A program made the position numbers and the translations under genes. A stretch of 64,000 bases of DNA from Eledone cirrhosa (Eukaryota). Of this stretch, positions 42,220 to 54,722 are shown one piece after another. The notes beneath the pieces are model-generated. The model searched no databases, was not told the DNA's origin, and saw only the letters and a program-made list of their open reading frames with translations. Each line of letters begins with the position of its first letter. Position 1 is the first letter of the stretch. The stretch is from contig OZ024741.1 in NCBI GenBank assembly GCA_964016885.1, forward strand, positions 382,850,001-382,914,000, in the 5' to 3' direction.

Positions 42220-43456
42220 GTTAATGATGGTGATGGTGTTGGTGTTTGTAGTGATGGAGTTGGTGATGCTGGTGTGGATGGTGGCATATCTGTCCTAACT
42301 TTTTTGTTTGATAGTTTATTTGTTTATTTCTGTATTTTGTTTTTGGTGGGGGAAGTAGGAGAATTTTTTTTCTTTTTTGGTTTCTTCTTTTTTTTTCCTG
42401 ATACCGTTTCCCACTCCTCGTCGTCACAATCTGTCTCCAGTTGCGATAAGCCGGGGAGTGGAAAATCCTCCACAGGCGTTGGTTTTGGTTGTGGCGTGGT
42501 GGCTGGTGTAGGCGCTGGTGCTAGTTCTGATGCGTTGGGTGGTGGTGGGGTTTGTTTGCTACTGTTGCTGCGGTTGTTGCTGTTACAGTTGCTTCTGTTG
42601 TTGCTGCTACAGTTGTTACTGCCATCTCTGCTGGTGGTGGTGTTGATGGTTCAGTCACTGAGGTGGGTAAGAGAGGTGGCCTCAACCTTTCTGCCTTAGG
42701 GCAGAAATCCTTTAGATGGGTTCCTTCACCACAAACGACACACCTAGACCTTCTGCCCTCGATCATTACGGTGAGATGGCTGCCGTCAGTGAGGTCTATT
42801 ACCTCTGGGATCTCCTCAATGCTTTTATGGTCAGCTTGGACCAGTTCTCCTGCTTTTCTTTCGCTATTTCGATTATCTTGGTGTTGGCTTCGATGCCGGC
42901 GAGGACGGCAGCTATTAGCCAGGGAATTTGGATGGCCGGTGGAACGTGGGTGACCCTGATCTTTACGAGTCTCTGGCCACAATAGCTTGGAACGAGTGTG
43001 AAGTCGTCACTTCTTAATGGTGCCATGGAGTGTTCTCTAGCCTCCTGTGGTGTTTCAAAGGACACCTCCACGGTTCCATATTTCTGCCCACGTTTGATGT
43101 GGGGTTTTTTTGCTCACACATGTCCCAAAGCTTTTTGGATTTGGGACTCGGATGCCCGTTCCACTCGGCGCGATTTTATGTTAATCGTCCGATAAGACAC
43201 GGTGCATAGGCGCCGATGCTCCATTTTATTAGTGGGGTGAGGCTGACCCTGTACCCATCTACTTTACCATTTGGGGGCTTTTTCTAATTCCTCCTGAGTT
43301 ACCTGGAATGCTTCGCACTTTTTTGGCTACTCTGCCAAACGACAGGGTTTTCTTATTCTCATTGTTGCTGTTGTTAGTATCTTTATATTTGTTATTGTTA
43401 ATTTTAGTTTCAGTTGTGGTGGTGGCGTCAGTTGTGCTAGGTGTGGAAGAGTTCAT
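42220..43456 (-). pseudogene. Tx1 ORF1 (gag-like zinc-knuckle protein)
   Basis: Fragments 43259-43456, 42799-43071 and 42521-42982 with CVVCGEGTHLKDFC (CCHC), then T/P/A-rich and K-rich tails. Confidence 0.8.
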
Positions 43457-43945
43457 TTTGGCTGAATTCGTTTCGAAATCACCAGATAAATTATTTTTAC
43501 TTTTGTTTAAGTTGTCGCTGTGGTAGTGGTGGGGGTGGCGGCTTCAACACCTGCAGTCATTGGTAATGGCGGGAAATGAATGTCTGCCTGAGACAAATTT
43601 AAAATATTGCTACTGCTTATATTTTTAGTGTTGCCAAACGTAGTAATATTTACAATGGTGGTGTCGGTGTGAGGTGTTAGTTTGTGAGGATGGCTCTCAG
43701 CTACTGGGTTCAGCTGTGAGTCGGCAATGATTTTTCAAAGAATTTTTTTTTTTGTTTGATAATTATAGAAGTTTACATTTTGGGCTCAAGGCCCGAATCT
43801 TTTTGAGTGTCCTTTTCAGAAAACAATGTATGTGCATTTATATACAGTTAGCAATAAAAGTTTTCCAATAATGGCAATTTTAAACAACTGAAAATAACAA
43901 ATCTTAGCGGAGCTCACGATATTACGATTTGCTACGTAGGTCGCC

Positions 43946-43999
<54 letters not shown>

Positions 44000-44000
<1 letters not shown>

Positions 44001-46997
44001 CTTTCCTTATTAACCACAAGTAGACATTAAGTCCACACCACCTCCACACATACAAATCACTCGCATCACAGAAAACGTACACGATACTAAAACAAAAATT
44101 CCCCAAAGACATCGGAGACTTCCGACAAGCACTCTCCAAGAGGATTTATAAGGACATCCTTCCGGAAGAGGCCACAGGCAGTGAAAAGGATGGACAAACC
44201 ATCCTTCCTCTACGAGAAGTAAGGTAAGTGGTCTTTCCCATCTTTTCCACTCCATTTCAACATGACCTCACTCAGAATAGGCAGCATAAATACGCGTGGC
44301 TTGGGGTCGTCATGGAAGCAGGGCCACCTGCTCAATGATCTCAGGTCACTAAACATAGATGTAGTGGCCATCTGCGAGACCAGAATCTCTGAAGCACGGG
44401 CCTTCGCACCGATCTTCGGCGGCTACGATGTGTACGCATCTCCCAGCAGTCTTGGATCGGTGGCCATCAGCGAGATTTCTTCCGGTGTCTGGAGACCTTT
44501 CTTGGAACGTCCCGCTTTTTAGTGTTAGTGGGCGACTGGAACGGGATCTTAAATGCACGCCGGGACTGTGTGGTATTAGCGGATAGGGAAAGAGGGTGCA
44601 ATAGCCTCACCAACATGCTCAGGCGTTTTGAACTGTCTGACAGGTACCGATTGGATTTCCAAAATATGCCAATGTGGATTGGACAAATCACATAGGGTCA
44701 TCCACATCATATCTAGATAGAGTATTTTGTAGGGAAATAGATAGGTCTAGCATAGGCTGTCCACAATTCAAGATAGTCAACTACACGGACCACAAATTCG
44801 TGATCTGTGTGCTTGACTTAGCTAGGCTTCATAGAAGAGGATCCGGCTACTGGAAGCTAAACGCGTCCTTACCAGCGGCCATGGTCTACAGAGACCAGAG
44901 TAGCGAAATAGTTAAGCGGGCGTTGACAGGGGCCATTGTCAACAACACGTGGTGGTTTGCTCTGAAAAGAGCGATTAGAATAGAGTCCATTAGGTTTAGT
45001 AAGGAATTAACAATAGAGAAAAATAGAGCAGAGGGATAACTAGTTAGAAAATTAGAAGAGGCGCTGAGCAAAGGCATCGCGACCGACGTACCTGCGGCGA
45101 AATTGGCTCTTGACGAATTCTTCAATGCAAAGCACGAAGGCTGGGTTGTCAGAGCTAGGGTGCGTGCTCTCAGACACGAGGGGACGAAAGCCGTTCAATG
45201 GGCCCGAGTGGCGGAGGCGCAACGTGGCAACAAAGCCCCGATCCGGTCTTTTGTGGACCACGACGGGCGCATGCTACTCGATCCCGGGCAAATGTGTGAA
45301 GCTTTTCAGCGACACTTCCACATCTGTTCGGGGGCAGCGGCGGGACGCATCGGGGGATGGACTTTAGTGTTTACCTCGGCGGACTGCCGCGGCTATCGGC
45401 CACTAAGACGGAGTGTTGCGAAAAGCCGATAACAGCCGCTGAAGTACGGGAGGCAATGACTGGCTGCACAAGGGGTAAATCGCATGGTTTGGATGGTCTG
45501 CCCTATGAACTTTACGTACAAATGCCAGACTTGTTCGGAGGCCTCTTGGCGGACGTCTACTGCAACTGGCAACAGAACGGGAGGATTACCAGCACAGTGC
45601 GCCGAGGAGCTGTGGCGCTGCTGAGAAAGGATCCGAACAAGGGGGATAACATAGATAATGTTAGGGCCATAACTCTGCTAAACACAGAGTTCAAGATTTT
45701 GGCCGAGGTGCTAGCACAGAGGTTGGCGCTTGTCATTGGTGGTCTGGTGGGAGAGGCGCAGACGTGCGTCATTCCCGACAGATCCATCCACGACAACCTA
45801 CACCTCATTCGATACATCGTAGAGAGGTTAGATAGGGAACCTGGCACGGGTGGGTCCTTGATCAATTTAGATCAGTCGAAAGCTTTCGATAGGGTCGACC
45901 ATCGTTACCTAGCGGCAGTCCTGGGGGTGGCTGGCGTTGCGCCCGTTTTCAGAGTCTGGATCTGCTCTGTGGCGAGAGTGAACGGTCACCTTTAGGAACC
46001 GTTCAACATCATGCGCTCGGTCCGCCAAGGATGTCCCCTCTCGTCCTTCTAGTACGTATTGACTCTCGTGCCATTACCGCACAAACTGGAGACCTTGAGG
46101 AGGGTCCCGTGCCAACTAGGATGCGGAAGATCCGTGTCAGCATATGCGGACGCTGTCACCGATGTCACCATGTCCATGCCGTCCAACAGCGACATCGGGC
46201 GCTGGACGGACGGACCGGTTAAATTGCTAGGGGTCTGGTTCGGTCCGGACCTCCAGACGGACAAAAACTGAGGCTGACCCTGTACCCATCTTTCTTTACC
46301 ATTTTTTTTGCTTCTGCTAATTCCTCTTGAGTTACCTGAAATGCTTAGCACTGTTTTGCTACTCTGGCAAAACTCCGGGTGGTTTTCTTAATGTCATTGT
46401 TGCTGTTGTTGCTATCGTTATTTTTGTTATTGTTAATTTTAGCTTCAGTTGTGGTGGTGGTGGTGGTGGCGTCAGTGGTGTTCGGTGTGGAAGAGTTAAT
46501 TTTGGTTGAATTAATTTCGATATCACGAGTTAATTTTTTTTTTTTCTCTTGTTTATGTTGTCGCGGTGGTGGTGGGGGTGCTGGTTTTATCGGTGGTGGT
46601 GGTGGTGGTGGCGGCTTTAACACCTGCAGTCATTGGTAATGGCGGGAAATGAATGTCTGCCTGAGACAAATTTAAAATATTGCTACTGCTTATATTTTTA
46701 GTGTTGGCAAACGTAGTAATATTTACAATGTTGGTGTCGGTGTGAGGTGTTAGTTTGTGAGGAAGGAGTGACTGAGTCGTCCATGATTTTTCAAAGAAAA
46801 ACTTTTGTTTGATAATTATAAAAGTTTAAATTTTGGGCTCAAGCCCCAATCTTTCTGGGTGTCCTTTTCAGATAACAACGTATGTGCACTTATATACAGT
46901 TAACAATAACAATTTTCCATAAATGGCAATTTTAAACAACTGAAAATAACAAACCTTTGCTGAGCTCCCGATGATACGATTTACTACGTAGGTTGCC
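44000..46997. mobile_element. Second Tx1 copy: minus-strand 3' tail (44000-44031) + inverted plus-strand ORF2 block (44032-46270) + minus-strand 5' end (46270-46997)
   Basis: Tail GCTTTCCTTATTAACCACAAG matches 38249-38269; 44032-46270 is the reverse complement of ~39610-42020; 46270-46997 matches 43239-43945 directly; (TAA)n on both sides. Confidence 0.88.
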
Positions 46998-47014
46998 AAT
47001 AATAATAATAATAA

Positions 47015-47197
47015 TAATTGTTTCTACTTTTGGCACAAGGCCAGCAATTACCCAGTACATTACTGGTACTTTATTTTATCGACCTCGTAAGGATGAAAGG
47101 CAAAGTTAACCTCGGCGGGATTTGAACTCAGATCATAAAGGGACGTAACTCTATGCTTCAAAGCATTGTGTCTGACTCTCTATCGATACTGCCAATC
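47015..47197 (-). mobile_element. SINE copy flanked by (TAA)n
   Basis: Reverse complement of the SINE; AAT repeats on both sides. Confidence 0.92.
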
Positions 47198-47209
47198 CAT
47201 AATAATAAT

Positions 47210-48235
47210 CTGAATGTTGCTGAACAAAAATAAATAAATAGGAAGACTAGGAAGCTATTGACTATCTACAACATGTTCCACAAGAGGAGTGATGTCGATA
47301 GAATCTGCTTAAGGAGATCTGAAGGTGAAAGAGGTCTTATCAGCATAGAGGACTATGTTCAGATGGAGAAAAACAACCTACACAAATACGTGACCGATAG
47401 TAAGGAGCCAATGCTCAGAATTGTACTTATGGAGAGGACAATAGACCAGGGGATGTCCAAGGAGGAAATAACAACGAGGAGAAAGAGCAACCTTCATGAT
47501 AAATCCCTTCATAGTACCTTCTTTGAGAAAACTGAATTTAGAGATCCACAGACACGGAACTGGTTGAGAAGAGGAGACCTTAAAAAGGCTACAGAAGGAA
47601 TGCTAATGGCTGCGCAAGAGCAGGCCCTCAAAACGAAGTGGCTGAAAACACCATATTTACAAGGAGGAGGCTAGCCCACTGTGCAGGATCTATGGAGAGA
47701 GAGAGAGGAGACTCTGGCTCACATTGTATCCGAGTGTATACACCTAGCCCAGACTCACTATAAAGGCTGGAGACATGATGTGATGGACAGGGTGATCCAC
47801 TGGCACCTTTGCAAAGTAAACAATTTACCACATTCTGAGAAGTTATATGAGCATAAGCCAGAGTCGGTGATAGAAAACGATCAGATGAAGGTCCTATGGG
47901 ATTTTAGGATACAGACGGACAAGAAATTAGAACCCAATAGGCATGACCTGGTGGTTTTGGACAAGGGAAAAAGAGCGTGCCTGATTGTAGATGTAGCCTG
48001 CCCATTTGACACGAGAGTGCAAGAAAAGGAGAGGGATAAAATTAACCGATACCAAGATTTATATTGGGAGGTAAAAGGGAATTGGAAATGCCATGATGTC
48101 AAAGTGGTCCCGATTGTCATAGGCGCACTAAGTACTATCTCAAAGAGTTTCCAAGGATGGTTAAAGAAAATTGGTCCCGACCCTCTTTTTGGAACACTTC
48201 AAAAAGCATGCTTGCTGGGAACAACTAGACCCTCT
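47210..48235 (+). mobile_element. R4/Dong-clade LINE 3' fragment (zinc knuckle + restriction-like endonuclease)
   Basis: HKRSDVDRICLRRSEGERGL, TEGMLMAAQEQAL, ETLAHIVSEC, RHD, NRHDLVV, IVDVACP, KINRYQDL, PIVIGAL. Confidence 0.92.
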
Positions 48236-48341
48236 GATACCTCCGCAATGTCTGAGGCTGAAAGTAGTGGCTTTTTATTCATTTCAACAAACTTTCCAGT
48301 TAAATAACATCAATGACTGTGACTCAAAGAAAAATAATAAT

Positions 48342-49775
48342 GATTTCATTTATTAGCCACAAGGGCCGACATATAGGGGACAGTAGAAAGACAGCGACAG
48401 TGGGGGTTTACAATAAGGTCGAGTAAGAGTGCACAATGGCAAGACTAATTTAACAATGAAGATATAATTTTTTTTTAATAAACTATGCATAAATATAACA
48501 AAATAAATTCCCCGATAGGGGGTGTTCGACCCTGGGGTGACTCGGGTACCCCACCAATTCTAAACTACCCTGCGCTTCTAAGACACCCAGGGAGAGCACC
48601 CCTCTCCTCAAGTTAGCTAGCCTATAGGCGCATGGTCAGAGTAGGCCCATTCACACGAGCCATTCTCGCCACATTCATCCCCCTTTTAGCAAATGTACTG
48701 GGGGCAGCACTTCTCTCTCCATCCTCACCTTCCTTTCCAGGTGAAACATGAAGGAGTTGATGAGGGATTGGCCGGAGAGAAAAGTGTCTGTCTTCAGTCC
48801 TTTTAATCTGGTCCACCATATAATTTCTTTCACAACTGCCACCGGACAGAGGAAAATTTCCAGCTCTTCCTGACCTAAGGAAGGCAGCGGGTCGATCTTC
48901 ACTATGGACTCGGCCGATAGCCGGATTCGTTCCACACGTGACAGTAACTGTTCGATATAACTCCACAAGTCAGTAATGCACGGACATTGGACAAGTGCGT
49001 ACAGAACGGTTTGGTCGTTGTGTTCGCATCTTGGGCAGGTCCTTCTGACAGCACTTCCGTGCCTGTAGAGTTTATGCCGAACCGGCAGTGCCCCCAGTAG
49101 CGCTGCCAAGCGAGGGATTTCTGGAAATTGTCCATTGTCCTCGGCTGGAAAGTCCTCCGGTACAGACTGGTCAGTTCGAGGCCCATAGCTTCGAGGCCCA
49201 TAGCTTCTCCGAGTGCGTCATCCCACTTGCCCACCACTAATAGTCTATAGAGCTCGAGAGTGGAAGTTCCACTGATCGCATTGCCTGTTTGGTAGAGGGT
49301 GGTGAGTGCCTGGCAACATTCCAGGTGCCAGTCACCTAGTATCGGTCTCTTCTTGACCCAGGACTGCAGCTCAGTCAAAGAAACGAGCTGCGGAAAGGCC
49401 CGTCTGATAAACGACGACCACACCTGTTCACCGTTTAGGCAGAATATCTGAAGATATCGCAGTCTCAACGCATGTCTGCGCATCATTAGCCACGACATGC
49501 CCAGCCCTCCGCGTAGAGGTGCTGGCAGCAGATGGACCGCCTCACCAACGGAACTTGTCCCCTCCACAAGAATTTGAAGAGGAGCCGTTCCAACTTGACG
49601 AGGCGCTGACGGGGGCAAGGCACAACGGTCAGGCGGTAGTAGATGACGCACGCGATGTACGCATTCGCGACCTCCGCGCGACCTTTCAGTGATAGCTTCC
49701 TCCCAGCCCATGTTTGGGTCCCAATTCTTTTCCACCTGGAGGAATGGTCCGAACCAAACCCTCAGAAAACTTTAC
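48342..49775 (-). mobile_element. 5'-truncated Tx1 LINE, a related subfamily
   Basis: MRRHALRL, MDNFQKSLAWQ, CPRCEHNDQTVLYALVQC; 3' tail GGCCCTTGTGGCTAATAAATGAAATC followed by (ATT)n. Confidence 0.9.
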
Positions 49776-50275
49776 CGATGATGATGATGATGATTTCTTT
49801 ATAATAATAATATTAATAATAATGACGCCATGAAAATCACACATGAAAATGAATATTGATTTTAATCCCGACATATAAAGAATATCAAGCTAAAATAACT
49901 TTGTTATAATTTTACTCATGTTTGTTTGATTTTTTCCATTTTAATTGTATTATCGATTTATAAAATGCGTAGTTGTTCTTATTGACGTAGAATAAAGACC
50001 TGGTGTTTTAAGATATAAATACTTCGATGTCAATTCCTAGCTGGAGTACATTATGATCCCAGACAAAATTTTATATATCTTCTGGCAGCAGAATTGAAAC
50101 CACGTCGTGCATATGATACATCAATTTTATAAATTGTAACATAAATTGAAATAAAGGTTTATTAAGGATAAGTGTATGTCTTTATAATGAATTCAGATGT
50201 AGACATAAGAACAGCAGTTGAGATAAGAGAAACACAATTAAACCAAACCAAATACTTAGGTAGTGCATTATTTTA

Positions 50276-50408
50276 CGTCCCTTTACGGTCTGAGTTCAAA
50301 TCCCGCCGAAGTTAACTTTGCCTTCATCCTTAAGGGGTCGATAAAATAAAGTACCAGTAATGCACTGATTTAATTGCTGGCCTTGTGCCAAAAGTAGAAA
50401 CAATTATT
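50276..50408 (+). mobile_element. SINE copy, 5'-truncated
   Basis: B-box, core and tail. Confidence 0.9.
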
Positions 50409-51199
50409 TTATTGACCTCGTAATGATGAAAGACAACGTTGAGTTTTGTACATAATATTTCGGAAAGAGAATTCTGTCCGACGCTTAATTACGGGTTAAT
50501 AAATAATTTTATTTGAAATTACCTACTAAATTTATATTTATAATAAAGCGATCTGTTGAATAAGGTAGATTATAGTTTTAAATACACGTATCTAACAAGT
50601 TAATAGTTAGATTTCATTTATGTAGGTTGTATTATTGATTATATTCTGTACTTGTTATTCATTATTTGAGCTATTTTTTATTTTTATTTTTATATTCTCT
50701 AAGAATGTAAAATACAGAAGTTTCTAACATTTGCGTCAAAGACTGATCAATAATTCTTTCCACTTTTCTTGACTGACTGCGAGCATTTCATTTTTTTTTT
50801 CAAGTTATTGCAGATGTGTTTATTGTTATTGTTTTTATTCGTATTTACTTCTTATATTTTTATTTTTTATTTCTTTTCATAGACTTTCTCGTCCAACATA
50901 AACGTGTTAATTTATAATTCAACAAAACGATGCTTTTGTAGTTTTTTTTTCTTATTCAAGTGTTTCCTACTGTTGTAGAATTACTATCTTGCTTTGTATA
51001 TATGTTTTATTCTGTTTTATTTCTTCTCAGTATTCTTCTAAAAGACATAAACAAGACGGAAGTGCAGCTTATTTCAACGATATTTCTATTATTTCTGCAT
51101 GAATGAGTAAAATTAAGCATTTTTTTCATTCCAATAATAAAATCAAAAGTAGCAAAATCAAATATAAGGTTAGAAAATATGTATATGCATATGTATGCA

Positions 51200-51318
<119 letters not shown>

Positions 51319-51419
51319 ACACACACAAACACAAACACACACACAGACAAATATACACACACATATATATGTATAAATATATATATATATATATAAATAC
51401 ATGTATGTACGTATTTATC

Positions 51420-51465
<46 letters not shown>

Positions 51466-51466
51466 G

Positions 51467-51516
<50 letters not shown>

Positions 51517-51702
51517 ATATAAATACATACATACATATATATAGATACATACATATACAAACATGCGTATATATATATGTAGGAGGTGAGTTTTATTGTA
51601 GTACAATAAAGCAATGCAGATATCGGATAAGAAGCACTCTACAATTTGTAGGACTGGAGTATACATAATATAAGATCAAAAGATGGTTAAAGGAGTTCCA
51701 TG

Positions 51703-51773
51703 TATTTTATTATGCGCATTTCAAAAACAAACATCATCATGCAATAATATTTGTGTTTTCATCAGATAAAACA
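51703..51773 (-). ncRNA. Type-I hammerhead ribozyme (mirror copy)
   Basis: Reverse complement of 53903-53973 with one stem II change (G-C to G-U). Confidence 0.85.
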
Positions 51774-53902
51774 GGAGAACATGATATGAAGGCTAGAAAA
51801 CACTTGTGGATAGTGCAGTTTTAAATCAACATATGAAAAGTTGTTTTAGATTGATGTGTGATATTGGGAAAAATATTTTATTTAGAGAGGGGGGGTTGGA
51901 AAGGATGAAAAAGGGGAGGAGATGAGAGGGAGAGATGGGTGATAGAGAGAAAGAGTTAGTTTTTATAACTGAGAGAAGATATATTGTTTTACATAGAGAG
52001 GTTGAAAACCGTTGGAAGATAATGTATGAATTAAAAGAATTTGAAAATTAACGAAGGGAAGATATGTACGAGGAAAAATATTTTATTTAGGGAGGGGGGT
52101 TGGAAAGGATGAAAAAAAGGGGGAGGAGATGAGAGTGAAGGTGGAGAGGGAGGGATGGGTGATAGAGAGAAAGAGATAGTTTTTATAACTGAGAAAAGAT
52201 ATATTGTTTTTACATAGAGAGGTTGAGAACCGTTGGAAGATAATGTATAAATTAAAGGAATTTGAAAATTAACGAAGGGAATTTATGTATGAAGATAGAG
52301 AGAAAAAATAATAATTGTGGATGAATATTCTAACGTCAAAAAAAGTGTATGTTGATAAGTATTGTGGCAATTTCAAAATTAACGAAGAGAAAAAAATTAT
52401 TAAGGTTTGTGTGTAGAAGGATTTGAGAAAAATAATGTGAAGTTAAAGTTTGTATATTGAAGGAATTGATAATATATGCGAATAAAGAGTTAATATGTAT
52501 TAAGAATGAGTTCGTTGATGTGGAGAAAAAAATAATAAATTAAGGATGAAATTGAGATTAAAAAGTTTTATGATAGAGAGAAAAAATAATAATAATTGCG
52601 GATGAATATTCTAACGTCAAAAAAACCAACACGGCTCTCTCAGAACTCATATGGTCCTTGAAAGACAAAAACATTAAATATACCATCTTTTGGAAGAAGG
52701 TTTCTTCTGCATCCTCATACTTGAACAGCTCTCTATCTAAAATCTGTAATCTCTGCCTAAATGAAAAATTTACCATTAACTCTAATCTAGATTATATAAT
52801 AAATAGACGTACAAATTTGTTTTCTATCTGCCTGCATAAATTCCATAGGACTTTTCACAAAGTATACAGTTAATATTCAATTCTTTATCAATTTAGAATC
52901 TTTTCTCAAAGGCACATATACATACACCTCTTTAAAATATACCCATCTTCCTACCTTACTTCAAAGGGCATTATACACTCTATAATACTTGTTTACTCAT
53001 TACCCTCTTTCTATCTTCACCTTGTAAAATCCTTCATAACATATACATTTGTTTTTTTGACGTTAGAATATTCATCCGCAATTATTATTATTTTTTCTCT
53101 CTATCATAAAACTTTTTAATCTCAATTTCATCCTTAATTTATTTTATTTTTTTTTTTTTTTCTCCCCATCAACGAACTCATTCTTAATACATATTAACTC
53201 TTTATTCGCATATATTATCAATTCCTTCAATATACAAACTTTAACTTAACATTATTTTTCTCAAATCCTTCTACACACAAACGTTAATAATTGTTTTCTC
53301 TTCGTTAATTTTGAAATTGCCACAATACTTATCAACATACACTTTTTTTGACGTTAGAATATTCATCCACAATTATTATTTTTTCTCTCTATCTTCATAC
53401 ATAAATTCCCTTCGTTAATTTTCAAATTCCTTTAATTTATACATTATCTTCCAACGGTTCTCAACCTCTCTATGTAAAAACAATATATCTTTTCTCAGTT
53501 ATAAAAACTATCTCTTTCTCTCTATCACCCATCTCTCCCTCTGCACCTTCACTCTCATCTCCTCCCCCTTTTTTTCATCCTTTCCAACCCCCCTCCCTAA
53601 ATAAAATATTTTTCCTCGTACATATCTTCCCTTCGTTAATTTTCAAGTTCTTTTAATTTATACATTATCTTCCAACGGTTTTCAACCTCTGTATGTAAAA
53701 CAATATATCTTCTCTCAGTTATAAAAACTAACTCTTTCTCTCTATCACCCATCTCTCCCTCTCATCTCCTCCCCTTTTTCATCCTTTCCAATAAATAAAA
53801 TATTTTTCACAATATCACACATCAATCTAAAACCACTTTTCATATGTTGATTTAAAACTGCACTATCCACAAGTGTTGTTTAGCCTTCATATCATGTTCT
53901 CC

Positions 53903-53973
53903 TGTTTTATCTGATGAAAACACAAATATTATTGCACGATGATGTTTGTTTTTGAAATGCGCATAATAAAATA
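53903..53973 (+). ncRNA. Type-I hammerhead ribozyme with long (~16-bp) stem II
   Basis: TGTTTTAT-CTGATGA-AAACACAAATATTATTGCACGATGATGTTTGTTTTT-GAAA-TGCGCA-TA-ATAAAATA: intact core, 8-bp stem I (one G-U), palindromic stem III ATGCGCAT. Predicted cleavage after 53965. Confidence 0.88.
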
Positions 53974-54080
53974 CATGGAACTCCTTTAACCATCTTTTGA
54001 TCTTATATTATATATATATGTATATACATATATATATATGTATATAAATATATATATATATGTGTGTTTGTGTATGTATG

Positions 54081-54160
<80 letters not shown>

Positions 54161-54202
54161 CACACATATAACACAAACATACATCTAATCTCTCTCTCTC
54201 TT

Positions 54203-54273
<71 letters not shown>

Positions 54274-54279
<6 letters not shown>

Positions 54280-54426
54280 TACAGCAAATTATCCACACAA
54301 TACAATATAGTTAGCACTACAAACGTTTAATTGGGAATATACTCCGGTAGTTCCTAATGTTTGTTGAGTGATTTGGAAATTGGTCGGAGTATCGCTATTA
54401 GCTTTCCCCGTTTATGCAATTATATA

Positions 54427-54488
<62 letters not shown>

Positions 54489-54571
54489 CATAAACGGGGA
54501 AAGCTAATTGCGATACTCCGACCAATAGTGCTAACTATATTGTATTGTGTGGATAATTTGCTGCATTATTT
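54274..54571. repeat. Inverted repeat centred on a (TA)n tract
   Basis: 54274-54319 pairs with 54525-54571 and 54379-54421 pairs with 54484-54525; ~59 bp of the left arm is missing from the right arm. Confidence 0.88.
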
Positions 54572-54599
54572 TATATGAGATATATTAAGGATCTCATTT

Positions 54600-54722
54600 C
54601 CCAAACGAATCGTTTCATTGTAAGATTTCTACACGGTGGGTGAAATTATACCAAATTTTGTGGAAACTTGTGTAAGATCAATGGATTCTTATGTAAGTGG
54701 GCTCTTACAAATATTCAGTGGG
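54600..54722 (-). ncRNA. Type-I hammerhead with ~95-nt stem II domain (one core substitution)
   Basis: Minus strand CCCA-CTGAATA-TTTGTAAGA...TCTTACAAT-GAAA-CGATTCG-TT-TGGG: 4-bp stem I, 8-bp stem II base closed by U-U, near-palindromic stem III. Confidence 0.65.

Larger units (their letters stand above)
38248..43945 (-). mobile_element. Full-length L1/Tx1-clade LINE (~5.7 kb) inserted in (TAA)n; frameshifted
   Basis: 5'UTR, ORF1 with zinc knuckle, ORF2 APE-RT-CCHC, 3' tail; (TAA)n on both sides (38214-38247 and 43946-43999). Confidence 0.93.
51664..54010. mobile_element. Truncated PLE with inverted terminal duplication: ~960-bp arms around a GIY-YIG C-terminal remnant
   Basis: 51664-52625 is the reverse complement of ~53053-54010. 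The spacer encodes TALSELIWSLKDKNIKYTIFWKKV...ICNLCLNEK...ICLHK (plus strand, 52629-52873). HHR in both arms, ~200-bp internal tandem repeats, ends at TA repeats. Confidence 0.9.

Noticed and set aside
51870-52300. Repeated blocks as a CRISPR-like array
   Set aside because: They are ~200-bp tandem duplications in a PLE 3' region with no repeat-spacer periodicity, in eukaryotic context.
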